A stretch of DNA of 64,000 nt, from contig NC_087251.1 in assembly GCF_037042905.1 (NCBI RefSeq), forward strand, positions 47,616,001-47,680,000. The letters run 5' to 3'. The number at the start of each line of letters is the position of its first letter. The first letter of the stretch is position 1. The translations under genes were made by a program, and so were the position numbers. The notes beneath the pieces were generated by a model. The model saw only the letters and a list, made by a program, of their open reading frames with translations, searched no databases and was not told the DNA's origin. The DNA is from Lytechinus pictus (Eukaryota). Below are positions 1 to 11,615 of the stretch, piece after piece.

Positions 1-491
1 TAATATAAATAAGGTAGATTTATATTGGTCTGGATTTTAGGTCTAATGAGTTAGGGGGCCTTCCTCCAAAATAACGTTTGAATTCCAGCTCGGTCCCATT
101 CATTTGATTTAACAGGGGTGAGTTAGGTCTAACTTCCTATTAAACTAAGTTAGACTAGAGTCACTCATACTGACTTTTAAAGTATGTTTAAAATCATTAA
201 TCATCTTATCTACATCAGAGCTCCTTGTTGTTGTTGTTGTTGTGCTCCTTTCCTCTTCTTTGAAACCCAATTGGGTAATGCTTTTGACTGTTGAGCAAGA
301 CTGAGTTCAGCAAATAATTTTTTTTCATTTAAAACTAAAAACAAGCCCTGTCAAAAACTCAAAAGGCCATTAATGAATATGAATTATATCATACCAATCT
401 TACTGAAGTGTAGAGGCCATAGTTAAATCTTCCAACTGTCTACTGATATTCTCTGAATCTGAGGAAATTTGAAATAGATCTAGACTTCACC

Positions 492-936
492 TAGACCAAA
501 AAGCTTCGGTCTTTTATTGGTTGTTCCGCTGAACAGCTACGTTGGCTCCACTCACCTAATACATAGACCGAAGTTCTAACTCCATCTGTACAGGGACTCA
601 ATAGCCATATGTTTATGTATAAGTTCGGATAAACCAGGGAAGTGGAGTTGCACGACAGCCGAAGTAAGTCACTGTTTTTCCCCCCTTTTTTAAGTTCATT
701 TTTCCCGTTTTGGTGCATTTCAGGCCAAAACGGAATAATAATCTTTATTTTGGCCCAGTTCTTTTTACATATTTTTATGAAATAAAGACAAAAATTGATG
801 TGCCCCATCGGGGGGGATTTTGCATTGTTTACCCCCTAATGGCGGCTGCAAGATCGCGAGCCGTCTGTGTACGAGGAGAAATTAAAAATTAAAAATGTTT
901 AAACACTCCTGGAAACAGACGGCTGCCAGCTGTCTA
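492..936. mobile_element. Non-autonomous DNA transposon, TAGAC..GTCTA ends, 9-bp TSD
   Basis: GACTTCACC at 483-491 and 937-945 flank short inverted termini. Confidence 0.6.
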
Positions 937-1375
937 GACTTCACCTATTAAAAAAAAAATCAAATGTTTCACTTTCAACAGTAGAGTAGGATATCCCAGA
1001 CAATATCAAGTCAACTTTTTTCAACTTTGATATAATAATCAACACTTTGATTGTGGGCATCAACAGAAAGACAAGACAAGACAAATCTGAAATATCTGGT
1101 GCCCTTTCTCTGTATTTTTTTCTCATAAAGATGGGTCTTTCAGCACTTATCATATTAATTTGATTATTGAATATTTGAAAGCAATAATCATAGTCACAGA
1201 AATATATCACAGAGTTTCTGCTCATTCCATGCTTTGGAAGAGGTTTCATGTTTTAGCTATTAATGAATTGGGGATTTACCGAAACTAAAGACAGGCTTTG
1301 ACCATGATAATTATTGCTCATGTAAGATGGTTATTTTGTCATTTTCTTATTTTGCTTATTTCCTTTAACTTGTGT

Positions 1376-2667
1376 CAGGGCGCGACAAACCCGCTTGCCC
1401 GGGGCAAGTGAAAATGACGGGCGGGCAAGCATTTCTCAAAGTCAATTGCCCGATCGGGCAAGTGGTTGTTTTGAAAATAAAATAATAAAATGTCAGTGAT
1501 AATCACAACTGTCCATGCTATCTCTCATATATTGTCAAACCAGTCAAAAAACAGTGGAAACTGATGTAAAATCAGCGCCAAATACAGATAATTTATCGCC
1601 AGGTACCTCGTTCGAAGAACCGTGCCATCTCATCTTACGTTCTATGTGCGCATGCGCTACTATCTTGCTACTATCCAAAAAAAAAAAAAAAAAAAGGCAA
1701 ACGTGGCTAAAATTTCACATTTTTAATCTTTAAATACATGAAATGGACGTCTATTTTCCATATTACCTTGAGATTGTTTTGATATAGTTGGAAACAACCG
1801 AAAAAATGAAGAATATTCAGCTCTTTCTTGACTCTGATTTTGATGATGTTACACTCGGTAAATGTTTTTTCTTATTGTTGTCCCACATGTAGACTTTCAT
1901 GGTGTTGAACAAGTGTTAATGTTGCAACACCATGAAAGTCTACATGTGGGACCACAATATAAAAAAATATTGACCGAGTGTAACATCATAATACGATGAT
2001 GAAAAGACAAGAGAGAGGTGAATATTCTTAATTTTCTTGATAGTTTCCAACAAAATCAAAACAATTTCAAGGAAATATGGAAAATAATTGGCATGGATTT
2101 AAAGATGCAAAATGTGAAATTTTAGCCACTCCAGTTGGTGAAGGCCTTTTTTTTCTTTTCTTTTTTACATCATAAAACGATTTTTTCCAGAATCAAGAAA
2201 GAGCTGAATATTCTTCATTTTCTTAATAGTTTCCAACTAAATCAAAACAATTCCCAGGAAATGTGGCAAACAGATGACCATTCATGGATTTAAAGATGCA
2301 AAATATGAAATTTTAGCAACTTTTGGGGAAGTTTTTTTTTTTTTTTTAAACTTTTTTATACCTTTAACGCCCATTTAGATCTACTAGTACTATAGCAAAA
2401 GTTTTTTTCTTCAAAATAAACGTAATGACTCAGGCCTACTTTGCTGAAAATATACTTATAATTATAAATGTGTGTTCTTTACTGTACATGATTCTCAATT
2501 GTTTTTATTTTATATGACCTTCATAAATAATAATAGTACCGTCGTAAAAAAGAACGAAAGAAAATAATAAAACAAATTGGGCAAGCAGTTTTTTCTATCG
2601 GGCAAGCAAATATTTTCATCACTTGCCCGACAGGGCAAGTGATGAAAAAAAAATTTGTAGAGGCCTG
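1376..2667. mobile_element. hAT-like non-autonomous element with GGGCAAG subterminal repeats and an internal foldback
   Basis: CAGG..CCTG imperfect TIRs and TTGTGT direct repeat on both sides. Clustered CTTGCCC/GGGCAAG motifs at both ends. Internal inverted repeat ~1705-2128. Confidence 0.7.
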
Positions 2668-3387
2668 TTGTGTTTTTTCAGCTGTTTTACATTTCTGTTC
2701 AGTCTAGACTTGAGTTCATTTCCATTTGTTTGCAGCACCGCCCTTGCAATTTGAACTTATTTGAGTTTAATGTTGCCATTCATCCTTCTCCATATTGAAT
2801 TCCATTCCTCTCATTCTCTATTGTAATCTTCATTCCTTCTGTATTCAGGCCACTCATTCCATCCCTCACCTGACTCCTTAGTTTCTATTTCCAATATTAC
2901 ATAATCACCCAGACATCTTTATCATCTTCATCTCCTTATTCCTTTTGGGTTTTTACATGTTAGTTCGATCTTTCCATCCCACCGCTGCCACCAGTTGTAA
3001 GGTGTTAAAATTATCAGTGAGTTCAGGGGTAGAAAATGAGAAGTTCTAAAGCAGCAACTCACATCATCAATCAGGCATACAAAGGGATAATAAGTGAAAT
3101 GGTAGAAGATGCAAATTAACTGAACAGAAGCCAAAAAAGTCCTGGTACTAGCAGTACACTGATCTCTGGGCTACTTTGCCCTAGCGAAATTCATGATCAT
3201 TGAACAATTTACATATATTTAAATTAGGAATAATAGCCAATAAAATGAATGAGAATGGAAGGATCTAACTAACATGAAAGAACCCAATTCATAAGATTAT
3301 CAATAAGGAGTAAGGAAATAAAGATGATAAAGATGTCTTGATATGTAATAATGGAAATAGAAACTAAGTAGTCAAGTCAGGTGAGGG

Positions 3388-3632
3388 CAGGGGCGGATCC
3401 AGGATTTTTCAAAGGGGGGGAGGGCACATTTTCCCGATAAAAAAATTGACAGGCAAAAAAAAAAGGTTTCAACCTAAAATAATGACATTTCGTCCACGAA
3501 AATTTTTGATAAGCAAGGAAAAAAGGTTTCACTTTCAAAAGGGGAGGCACACTTCTGTTTTAATGGCATTTTTACATTACAAATTTTAATTGTGCCTCTC
3601 AAAGGGGGGGGGGGGCACGGGATCCGTCAGTG
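3388..3632. mobile_element. hAT-type MITE
   Basis: CAGGGGCGGATCC..GGATCCGTCAGTG TIRs; perfect 8-bp TSD GGTGAGGG. Confidence 0.85.
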
Positions 3633-3641
3633 GGTGAGGGA

Positions 3642-4086
3642 CCCGGGGGGGGGGGGGGCACTCAGTATATAATGCATAGTGGGTATGTGCCGCGGAGGGG
3701 ACCCCCATTTTTACACTCAAATTTCCGTTCCAAGGCATAGCATTTTTGTCTTATTGAGAAAAAGAACAAAGAAAGCCGCTCCGAAGCATAGCATTTTCTT
3801 CTTATCGAGAAAAAAGAAGAAAGATATCCGCTCCAAAGCTTCGCATATTTTCCGTTACGACATTCCAGTCGTATTGATCTGCTACAATGAGCCGCAATTT
3901 TGGTGAAAAGCGGCCGCAGAGCGCTGTCCGACCATCGCCTCTGCACTAGCGCACCCTGCGCCCGTGCCGCCGGGCTAGCTGCATGCACATATGCCCGTTC
4001 CATAGCGATGAATACGCAATCACAAACATTTGTCGTTCCAAAGCCCGTTCTGAGGACCTTCCCTTTTACAATAAGCCCGCTCCAAG
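3642..4086. mobile_element. Truncated CCCGGGGGG-ended MITE with CCG(C/T)TCC subterminal repeats
   Basis: Poly-G terminus and repeated ccgctcc/ccgttcc motifs; second terminus absent. Confidence 0.5.
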
Positions 4087-4118
4087 TTTTGTTTTTCCTT
4101 AAGTAAGTATTGTTACAG

Positions 4119-7100
4119 AGGATTGGATAATGCAGGAAAGACCACCATTCTGAAGAAATTCAATGGAGAAGATATCAACACTATATCTCCTACCCTTGGC
4201 TTTAACATCAAGACATTGGAACATAAAGGGTAAATGAAAAGTTTCTTTTTTTTAATGTTTGAGATCATATAAATTGTGTAAATCACTCATAATCTTCATC
4301 AATGCCTTCTTTCTTCTGGTCATACTCTCTAGATCATCTAAGATGTCTGTCACATGTCTCTAAAGGGTTTACAGACCAGAGGGATGTTTCACAAAGGGTG
4401 TGACTTGCTTTAAAGACAGTGGCCCGTATTCTGAAGTCGGGTTTAACTTAAACTCGGGTTTTAAGTTGTGGTTTAAGTATGGATAGCCAATTGCTACATA
4501 AATCACTAACAGTAGAGATATCATATTTCAGCTCATATGGCTCTCAAGTCATTCATAATTGTCTAGGAAGTATGAATAGATGATTGTCTTCACCATTGAA
4601 GAATCAGGAAAGAGCACAGTAAACATAAGAAACATACAACTTAATAAAAATTTTGACACTTTTGGCTTCCCATAATTTTAGCACAGAGTTTGACCATGGT
4701 CTAAGTTAAACCTGACTTCAGAATACGGGCCAATGTGTACATGGTATCTAATGGATAACATCATTAATGACTTCAGAGTAGTGCACACCCACTGAGCATG
4801 ATTTGACCCATGTGGTGGTGCAGTTCATTCCACACTCAACATGTACTCAACTATGAATTTAAAGGGGAATCCAGCCTTGGCCATAAAATGGTGTGTTGGA
4901 AAGGAGAAAAATAAATAAGAAAGTTTGAAAGAAGTTGGACAAGCTCTAAAAAAAGTTTAGGCTTATTTAAAATTGAAATCCCTAAGACTATGTAGATTTC
5001 GAATTGGCAACTGTGTAAGGAAATTATGACAAGGGGCAAGGACAACTTCCCCATAGGCCATGTACTTAATTATCAGGGATTTGTGGTTTTCTCTTAAGTA
5101 CCCATTCCCTGGGGCAGTAATCTAAATATAACCCAGGTAGTATATTGTTTTATGTCCTCGTGAAAGAAAAATATAATTTGAAGTAAAATTTTTGAAAAGA
5201 CACTTTAGCCATTTTATGTATTGGAGTACATGGAGGAGTAGTCCTTGCCTTACATTACTATGACATCCCATATGCGGCCAATTTGAAGTCTCCATGGGTA
5301 TAGTGATTACCAATATTTATAACTTTTAAAAAGTCATAACTTAGTCATTGTTTGTCCGATATTGTTCAATTTTTCACCTATCGACTTGACTGATTTTCTT
5401 TTTTTCCCCCTAAGACAAGTTTTTATTTGGGTTGGATACTCCTTTAAGTGTGAATCTAAGTCACACCTAATTCTTTGTCAAACATCCCTAGGCCAGGACT
5501 AATATTCTGTAAATTGCTTTATGTATTTTCTTATCTTCATTATTGTCATAGCAAATTTTTGAGTCATTCTTGTCTTGTGATTGTTTGAAGTGTGCAAAAA
5601 TTTGCCGATGGACCAGCATGCAAGTTCTATTTATTTATATTCTTCATAACAATTTGATTTTTGTATGAATTAATGTTTATGAAAAATGTTTTTGAAATGG
5701 AAGAATATAAATGTTTATTTGAATTGAATTGAAGTCAGAACTGCACCTCATTTCAGATCATGACAATTAAAATAAGACAAGATAGAAAATTATTTACCAA
5801 ACCAGGGACTTGTTTGCCAATTAGTTGAAATTACTAAAAGTCAAGTTTAAATGCCAAAGTGCCTCTTCAGTCTCCTTTAGGTTCTTGATTCTTCCTCTTC
5901 CAGGTACAGTGGCTTTTGCCCTTTTGAAATCAAATCTCATCTATAGGCTCGTCATTCAAGCATCTACTAACTAAAGGACTTGTAGAAGATGCTTTAGGTA
6001 GCCAACACATTTAAAAAGAAAAAATCAAATTCAGTTAATGAAATATGACTGTGAATGCTATCTGTGTACCAATAGGTTCAAATTGAACATATGGGATGTA
6101 GGCGGTCAGAAGTCGCTTCGTTCTTACTGGAGGAACTACTTTGAGAGTACCGATGGATTGGTGTGGGTGGTAGATAGTGCTGATAGGAGAAGATTGATGG
6201 ATTGTAAACAAGAGTTACATTCTCTTCTCTTGGAGGAGGTAAGTCACCTTCAATAATTTAACCCTTTGTCTTCTGGAACTAGGTGGTCCCTGTACAATGC
6301 CTATGACAATTACAGAATTTAGTAGTCAATGGGTTGTTAATACAGGATTTTTAAAAATCATTTCCCTGTCAAAAGTTTTCTGACATCTGAAAAAAGTCAA
6401 CAAAACTCTGTCAGGGGGCACTCTCCCTTCAGTAGTAAGTGGGGTTGACAACTCAAAGAAATGCCCGGCAAGAGAGGCTTTGAAACTCATGGGCTTTTGA
6501 TTTTTTTCTCCTTTTGAAAATTAGTATGATATTGGGTGATAGGTTAAAAAGTGGAGCATTATTTTCAAATCTTGTATAGGAAAATATTTGAAAGCAATCA
6601 GGGTCTGAACTGCCTTCCAAAATTAAATTGCATGTGATTTTAAGTCATTCCCTTTCTTTTTTAACTTCACTATATGTAATTTGATGAACTTAGGAAACAA
6701 CTATTTTTTATACTATTTTTTCAGAGGTTGAATGGTGCGACATTGATAGTCTTTGCTAACAAACAGGACTTGCCTGGTGCTCTCTCTGCTGATGAGATCA
6801 GAGAGGTAAGATTGAAATCAATTTTTCTTCAAGGAATCTCTGTAAACACAAAAAATCTAAACTTGTGCTGATAAAGGCATATGTGTATCGACTGGGTGAT
6901 CATTGTCTTGATTTTTGTCTCGCATGCATGGCAGAGCGAGACTATAGGCGCTGCTTTTCTGACAGCGGCATAGTCGTCAACAATGTCATAATATAGTAGA
7001 AAGTATATGGAGCTAGTTCATAAAACTTGGACATAATGGTAATGAAGTATTACTAAACATCCTGCTTGAGATACAGTTCACATGACCAAGGTCAAAGGTC

Positions 7101-8767
7101 ATTTATTAGGGTCAATGAACTGTTATGTTGGGGGAATCAACATTGAGATCTTAACCAAAATTAAGTTGTAGAATTGCCATCATAACTTTGAAAGTTTATG
7201 AATCTAGTTCATGAATTTTAGACATAAGAGTAATTACATACTATGAAAACATTCTGTGTATCATTAATTATCCTGTGCGAGTTTCAGGTCACATGACCAA
7301 GGTCAAAGATCATTTAAGGCCAATGAACTTTGGTCATGTTGGGGGGTATTTGTTGAAATGCCATCATAATGTTGGAAGTTTATAGATCTACATGTAATTC
7401 ATTAATAATAATGATATGCAACATTTACATATGGCTTGATACAAATGTTTCTAAGCGCGGCATACTATTACCCCGGCTTTAGCACGGCTATCCTGATCGG
7501 ACGCTCGAGCATTCAAGGAATTCCTTCCTACTTGGTAACCATTTACTACACCTGGATGGAGAATGGCAAATGTAGATAAATGCCTTGTCAAAGGACACTA
7601 GTGCTGTTGTGGGATTTGAACCCTGGACCTTGTGGTTCAAAGTCATTAAACATAAGATTAATCAAGTAGCAGTGTTCATTTTGCATGAGTCTTAGGTCAT
7701 GATCAAGGTCAAAGTTCATTCAGGGTCTTGAACCTTAAAAGCTATCCCGGGATGAAAACATTCTGTGTATCAGTGCAAGGTGCCATGGTGAAGTAATTTG
7801 AAATTTCACTTACATGTATATACATTAAAAGTATGCACCGTGCAAGTAAAAACTGCCTATTGGTTTACAGCATGATAATTAGAAAGTTTTTTGTTTTATT
7901 TATTTCACATTCATTTGTAGGCTTTAGGTCAATAAACATAGTATTTTATTATAATATGAAGTGCGATTTTTTTTTTGTGAATAATTTTTTTCAAAGTCAG
8001 CACTGCTGCTATATTGAATCGCGTAATGTAGGCAAGACTGCCAGAGGTATTCCATTTTTTTTCGTTTGATTGAACATTTAGGAAGTATTATCTGTTGCAA
8101 AACTTTGGTATGGGACATGTATGTTTGAAAGTAATAGGCCCGTATTCTGAACTCGGGTTTAAATTAAACCCTGGTTTAAAGTTGTGGTTTAAGTATGGAG
8201 AGCCAATTAGAGCACAAATCCCTTACAATACACATTCAATTTATTAACTCATTTGACACCCAAATTGTTCATAATTGTCTGGGAATGGTAGCTGAAGTAT
8301 TTTTCTTCGTTATGAAAGCAAAATAAAACAAAATAGTAAACATAAGAAATACACAATATAAACAGATTTTTTTTTATTTGTGGCTCCCCATAATTTTAAC
8401 ACAGAGTTAGACAGTGGTCTAAGTTAAACCTGACTTCAGAATAGTGGCTATACACTTTAACAAGCACCTTTCCAGTGTCTCTAAATGTTATATTTTGATA
8501 ATGATGACTCAAATTTGAACGATATTGTGAAAATGAAGGGTGAAAATTAGATCTAGAAGGCCATCAATAGGGTTATGTTTCATGATAATTACAAAGTTTT
8601 CTTGGATTTGTTTATTTCATATTCACTTGTAGGCTTTAGAACTTGATAATATCAAGACACATCATTGGTTGATTCTTGGATGCAGCGCAGTAACGGGTGA
8701 AAATCTACTCTACGGCGTCAACTGGTTGATAGATGATATTGCTTCCAGACTCTTCACAATGGACTGA
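4119..8767 (+). CDS. ARL2: ADP-ribosylation factor-like GTPase 2, exons 2-5 (4119-4229, 6076-6238, 6725-6805, 8633-8767); exon 1 not in window
   Basis: Spliced translation [37 protein letters not shown] / [36 protein letters not shown]...LLEE / [27 protein letters not shown] / [45 protein letters not shown]1, G3 (DVGGQ), G4 (NKQD) and G5 (CSA) motifs present. AG/GT borders with consistent phases; coding exon sizes 111/163/81/135. Confidence 0.97.
4421..4731. mobile_element. PIF/Harbinger-like MITE family (GGCCCGTATTCTGAA), copy 1
   Basis: ~30-bp TIRs; similar copies at 8137-8448 and 28414-28729. Confidence 0.85.
4863..5443. mobile_element. Kolobok-like MITE (TTAA TSD, AGG..CCT ends)
   Basis: ttaa|aggggaatccagcc ... 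ggttggatactcct|ttaa. Confidence 0.75.
6912..7735. mobile_element. Interspersed repeat with terminal GTCTCG..CGAGAC hairpin and ~200-bp internal AGGTCA-rich units (Helentron/HINE-like)
   Basis: Second copy in opposite orientation at ~62450-62971 shares the hairpin, the ctataggcg motif and the internal units. Classification is inference. Confidence 0.7.
7403..7644 (-). mobile_element. tRNA-derived SINE (5'-truncated), nested in the preceding repeat
   Basis: B-box (ggttcaaatccc on minus strand), body similar to the 47464-47767 copy, (ATT)n tail. Confidence 0.8.
8137..8448. mobile_element. GGCCCGTATTCTGAA MITE, copy 2
   Basis: Colinear similarity to 4421-4731. Confidence 0.85.
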
Positions 8768-8863
8768 TAATGGTGAGAAACATATCCTTCTGATTCATCA
8801 CCTGACTGGCATTTACACATACATTAATTCCCCTTCCTGTTGATAAGGAAGAAGGGTGTCAAC

Positions 8864-10323
8864 CATAGGCGTAAATCCAAATTCAAAAGTTTATTGATGT
8901 AAAATCCTGACATTGAAGGATCATCATCAAAAACAAAGAAACATTAGAAAAAAAATACAACATAAGCATAACATAGTAACAACGAGGTATTAAAAAAAAA
9001 TTTTTTTAATATGAATCTTGGATGAAATGTTAGATGCGAAATACATATCGGTGCATAGATATACACACATACATAATATACCTAAACATTAATACACCCA
9101 TACCTATACAAATACATAAGCATTATATCATCTTTTTCTTTCAAGCATCCTCAGTCTCTCCACGTACATATATTACTTATTCCTATAACACATATTTTGC
9201 TGATATCCATGCCATGACATCATGTCATGTAAATCCATGACATCATACTATTCAAGTGGGAGGGGGAATGAATGAAACAATAGATCGTCCCCCTGTACTG
9301 ACCACACAGAAACGCTAACAGAGGACCTGTTACAATTGGTAATGTGACCGCGATGCCTAATGTTACAACAATGCATTACTTCATGGACCTACAACAACTG
9401 GACATTCAAAGAATCCCCTCCTTTAGGCCTAAGACCGTCACCGCTAATCCTTTTATGAACAGAGCGCTGGCAGCTGACGCCCATCAAGCCGGTCGTAAAA
9501 CACGCTGTCATTGATGGACAGTGGAAATCAATTGTGCACTGCTCCTACACATTGGGATGTTGTTCATTCACTTTATCAAAAGCAACACACAGCAGCGAAC
9601 GTTGGCGCTATGAAAATGATCGCAGAAACAAGAAAACAGGCGTGCATAAACATATTTTTTAAGTACATCGCCAACAACCGCTCACAAAATGCATTGAAAT
9701 CACCGTGCAGATCAAAATATCTATAGCAAAAAAGCAGTAAAAATTTGACGGACAAATGTGTGGAAAGACGTTAAAAATGCATCTTTTTCGGACAATATTT
9801 ATGTTGATAGTCGCGCTTACCTTCGGGTAGAAGTTGATTTTCATTTGGGCGTAAAATTCCATAGGATTGGCGAAATTTAATAGGATTTTTTCTGATGATC
9901 AGACGACAATTGCACAATATTGACAGCGTGAAATAATGTAATTGAAAACCGGAAATAAATTGCGGATTGCATTGTAGGTAATGTAGGGACTTTCCCTATT
10001 AGCAATCGGGGCTAAAACATGACCGTCTTTGGTCGAAAGAGGGCCATTGATCGATCGGTGACTGTCATTGTCCGAAAGGAGCTTGTGTAAACAATCGCCC
10101 CGGGCGGTCATCATAAAAACAGCGTAAAGAGAAAGTTAAGTGTATGGCAGCTATGCTCTCGTTGAATGTCCATTTGTAGTAGGTCCATGATTACTTACAC
10201 ATTTAAATAAAAGTTTCGACTTCACAACTGGGCTAACTGTTAGCGCTGTGTTTTTATAGGCTAACAACATTTCTGTGCGGTCGGCAATGAACAATAGGTT
10301 CACTGCTTGGATTTATGCCTGTA
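8864..10323. mobile_element. Old hAT-like element (CATAGGCGTAAATCCA TIR) downstream of the ARL2 stop
   Basis: Inverted termini; degenerate 8-bp TSD gtgtcaac/gtgttcac. Confidence 0.55.
9382..10189. mobile_element. Non-autonomous TIR element with 7-bp TSD (P-element-like)
   Basis: ~27-bp TIR catggacctacaacaactggacattcaa / ttgaatgtccatttgtagtaggtccatg; TSD ATTACTT on both sides. Confidence 0.8.
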
Positions 10324-11615
10324 GTGTTCACTCTTGCGCGCACTGTACATTTTGCAATGAAATATTTCATAACTTTATCATTCATAATATTTGATTATTA
10401 ATGTCAGACTGGGCTTATGTATCCTTTATCAAATGTATAAAAATGCCAGAAGCATACAGTATGAGTTGGGCACCCCCCCCCCAATAATTAGGTTATAAAT
10501 TTTAAAGCCAACTGTATGGAGATCCAAAATGTTGTTTTCATGCCAATGAAATTATGCGCTGTTATGGTTCTACTTTTGTATCAGGCTTAAGAGATTTTTT
10601 TTTTTTTTTTTTTTTTTTTTTGGGGGGGGCTCCCAGTTAAAAGAAATAGTCTTACCAGACTTTGGGTAGGGTCTGTATGTTATTTCAATTCTCTTGATTT
10701 GCACAAATTTATTCTACATTTTTCAGTATTATAAAATTTCACACAGACACATAATAATGACAACAGGCTACTACTCTGGTCAAGTTTGCATAGTTTTATA
10801 ATATTAATATTTTGAAGAAATACCTTCAATCTCGTACAAGATAGAATATAAGTCATCACACATAATTTATTCTATTTTCATATGAAGAATGAGTGAACAA
10901 AATATACAATTTATTAAAGTGATATATGTCCTGTTAAAAGATTATTTAGTAATGTACACAATTTACAATCCATTGATTGTCATACTATAATAAATATCTT
11001 GCATGAAAATAAATATATTAGGCCAACATAATACCACACCATGAAGGCACTTGTGATTAAGAATGACAGAGTTGTCACATACAAGCTACAAAAAAATCTA
11101 TATTCTATAATACAATCATCATATCAATTTGGGCATCGCAACAAAAGTCCCTGAAGCATCTTTTCATCCATAATCCTCACATTCATATTGGGTATACATG
11201 TGGGAAAAGTCACTTTGAAAGACGTGTAGTGCCTTCATCATGGATTCCTGCCCCAAAAGACATGGCACAGACTTTTGTTATGGTGCTTTTAAATACTACT
11301 AAACTAACTAGAAACTACCTTGAGTTGGTGTTTTTTATTTTCAGTATTAACAGTTGCAAAGTAATGATAGTTTCAGTAATAAAAAAAATTCCCTTTCACT
11401 ATTGGGTTACAGATATTTCCATGAAATATCAGGCCTGAAGGGTGGGGGGGGGGTGGCCAAATATCCTGAGAATTCTTAAATGAGGCATTGATTATGAAAC
11501 TGGTAAGATTTAATAATAAATCATTCCAGGAGAAAGAATATTGGGCCAGGTCCGGGGGGGATGGGGTGAATAGGTCATAAAATATTTTTGAAATTTTGAT
11601 TTTACATTAGATTTT

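Larger units (their letters stand above)
4381..5488. mobile_element. GGGATGTTTCACAAAG-type MITE hosting two nested MITEs
   Basis: Termini gggatgtttcacaaag and ctttgtcaaacatccc; internal gtgtgactt and aagtcacac inverted match. Confidence 0.6.
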
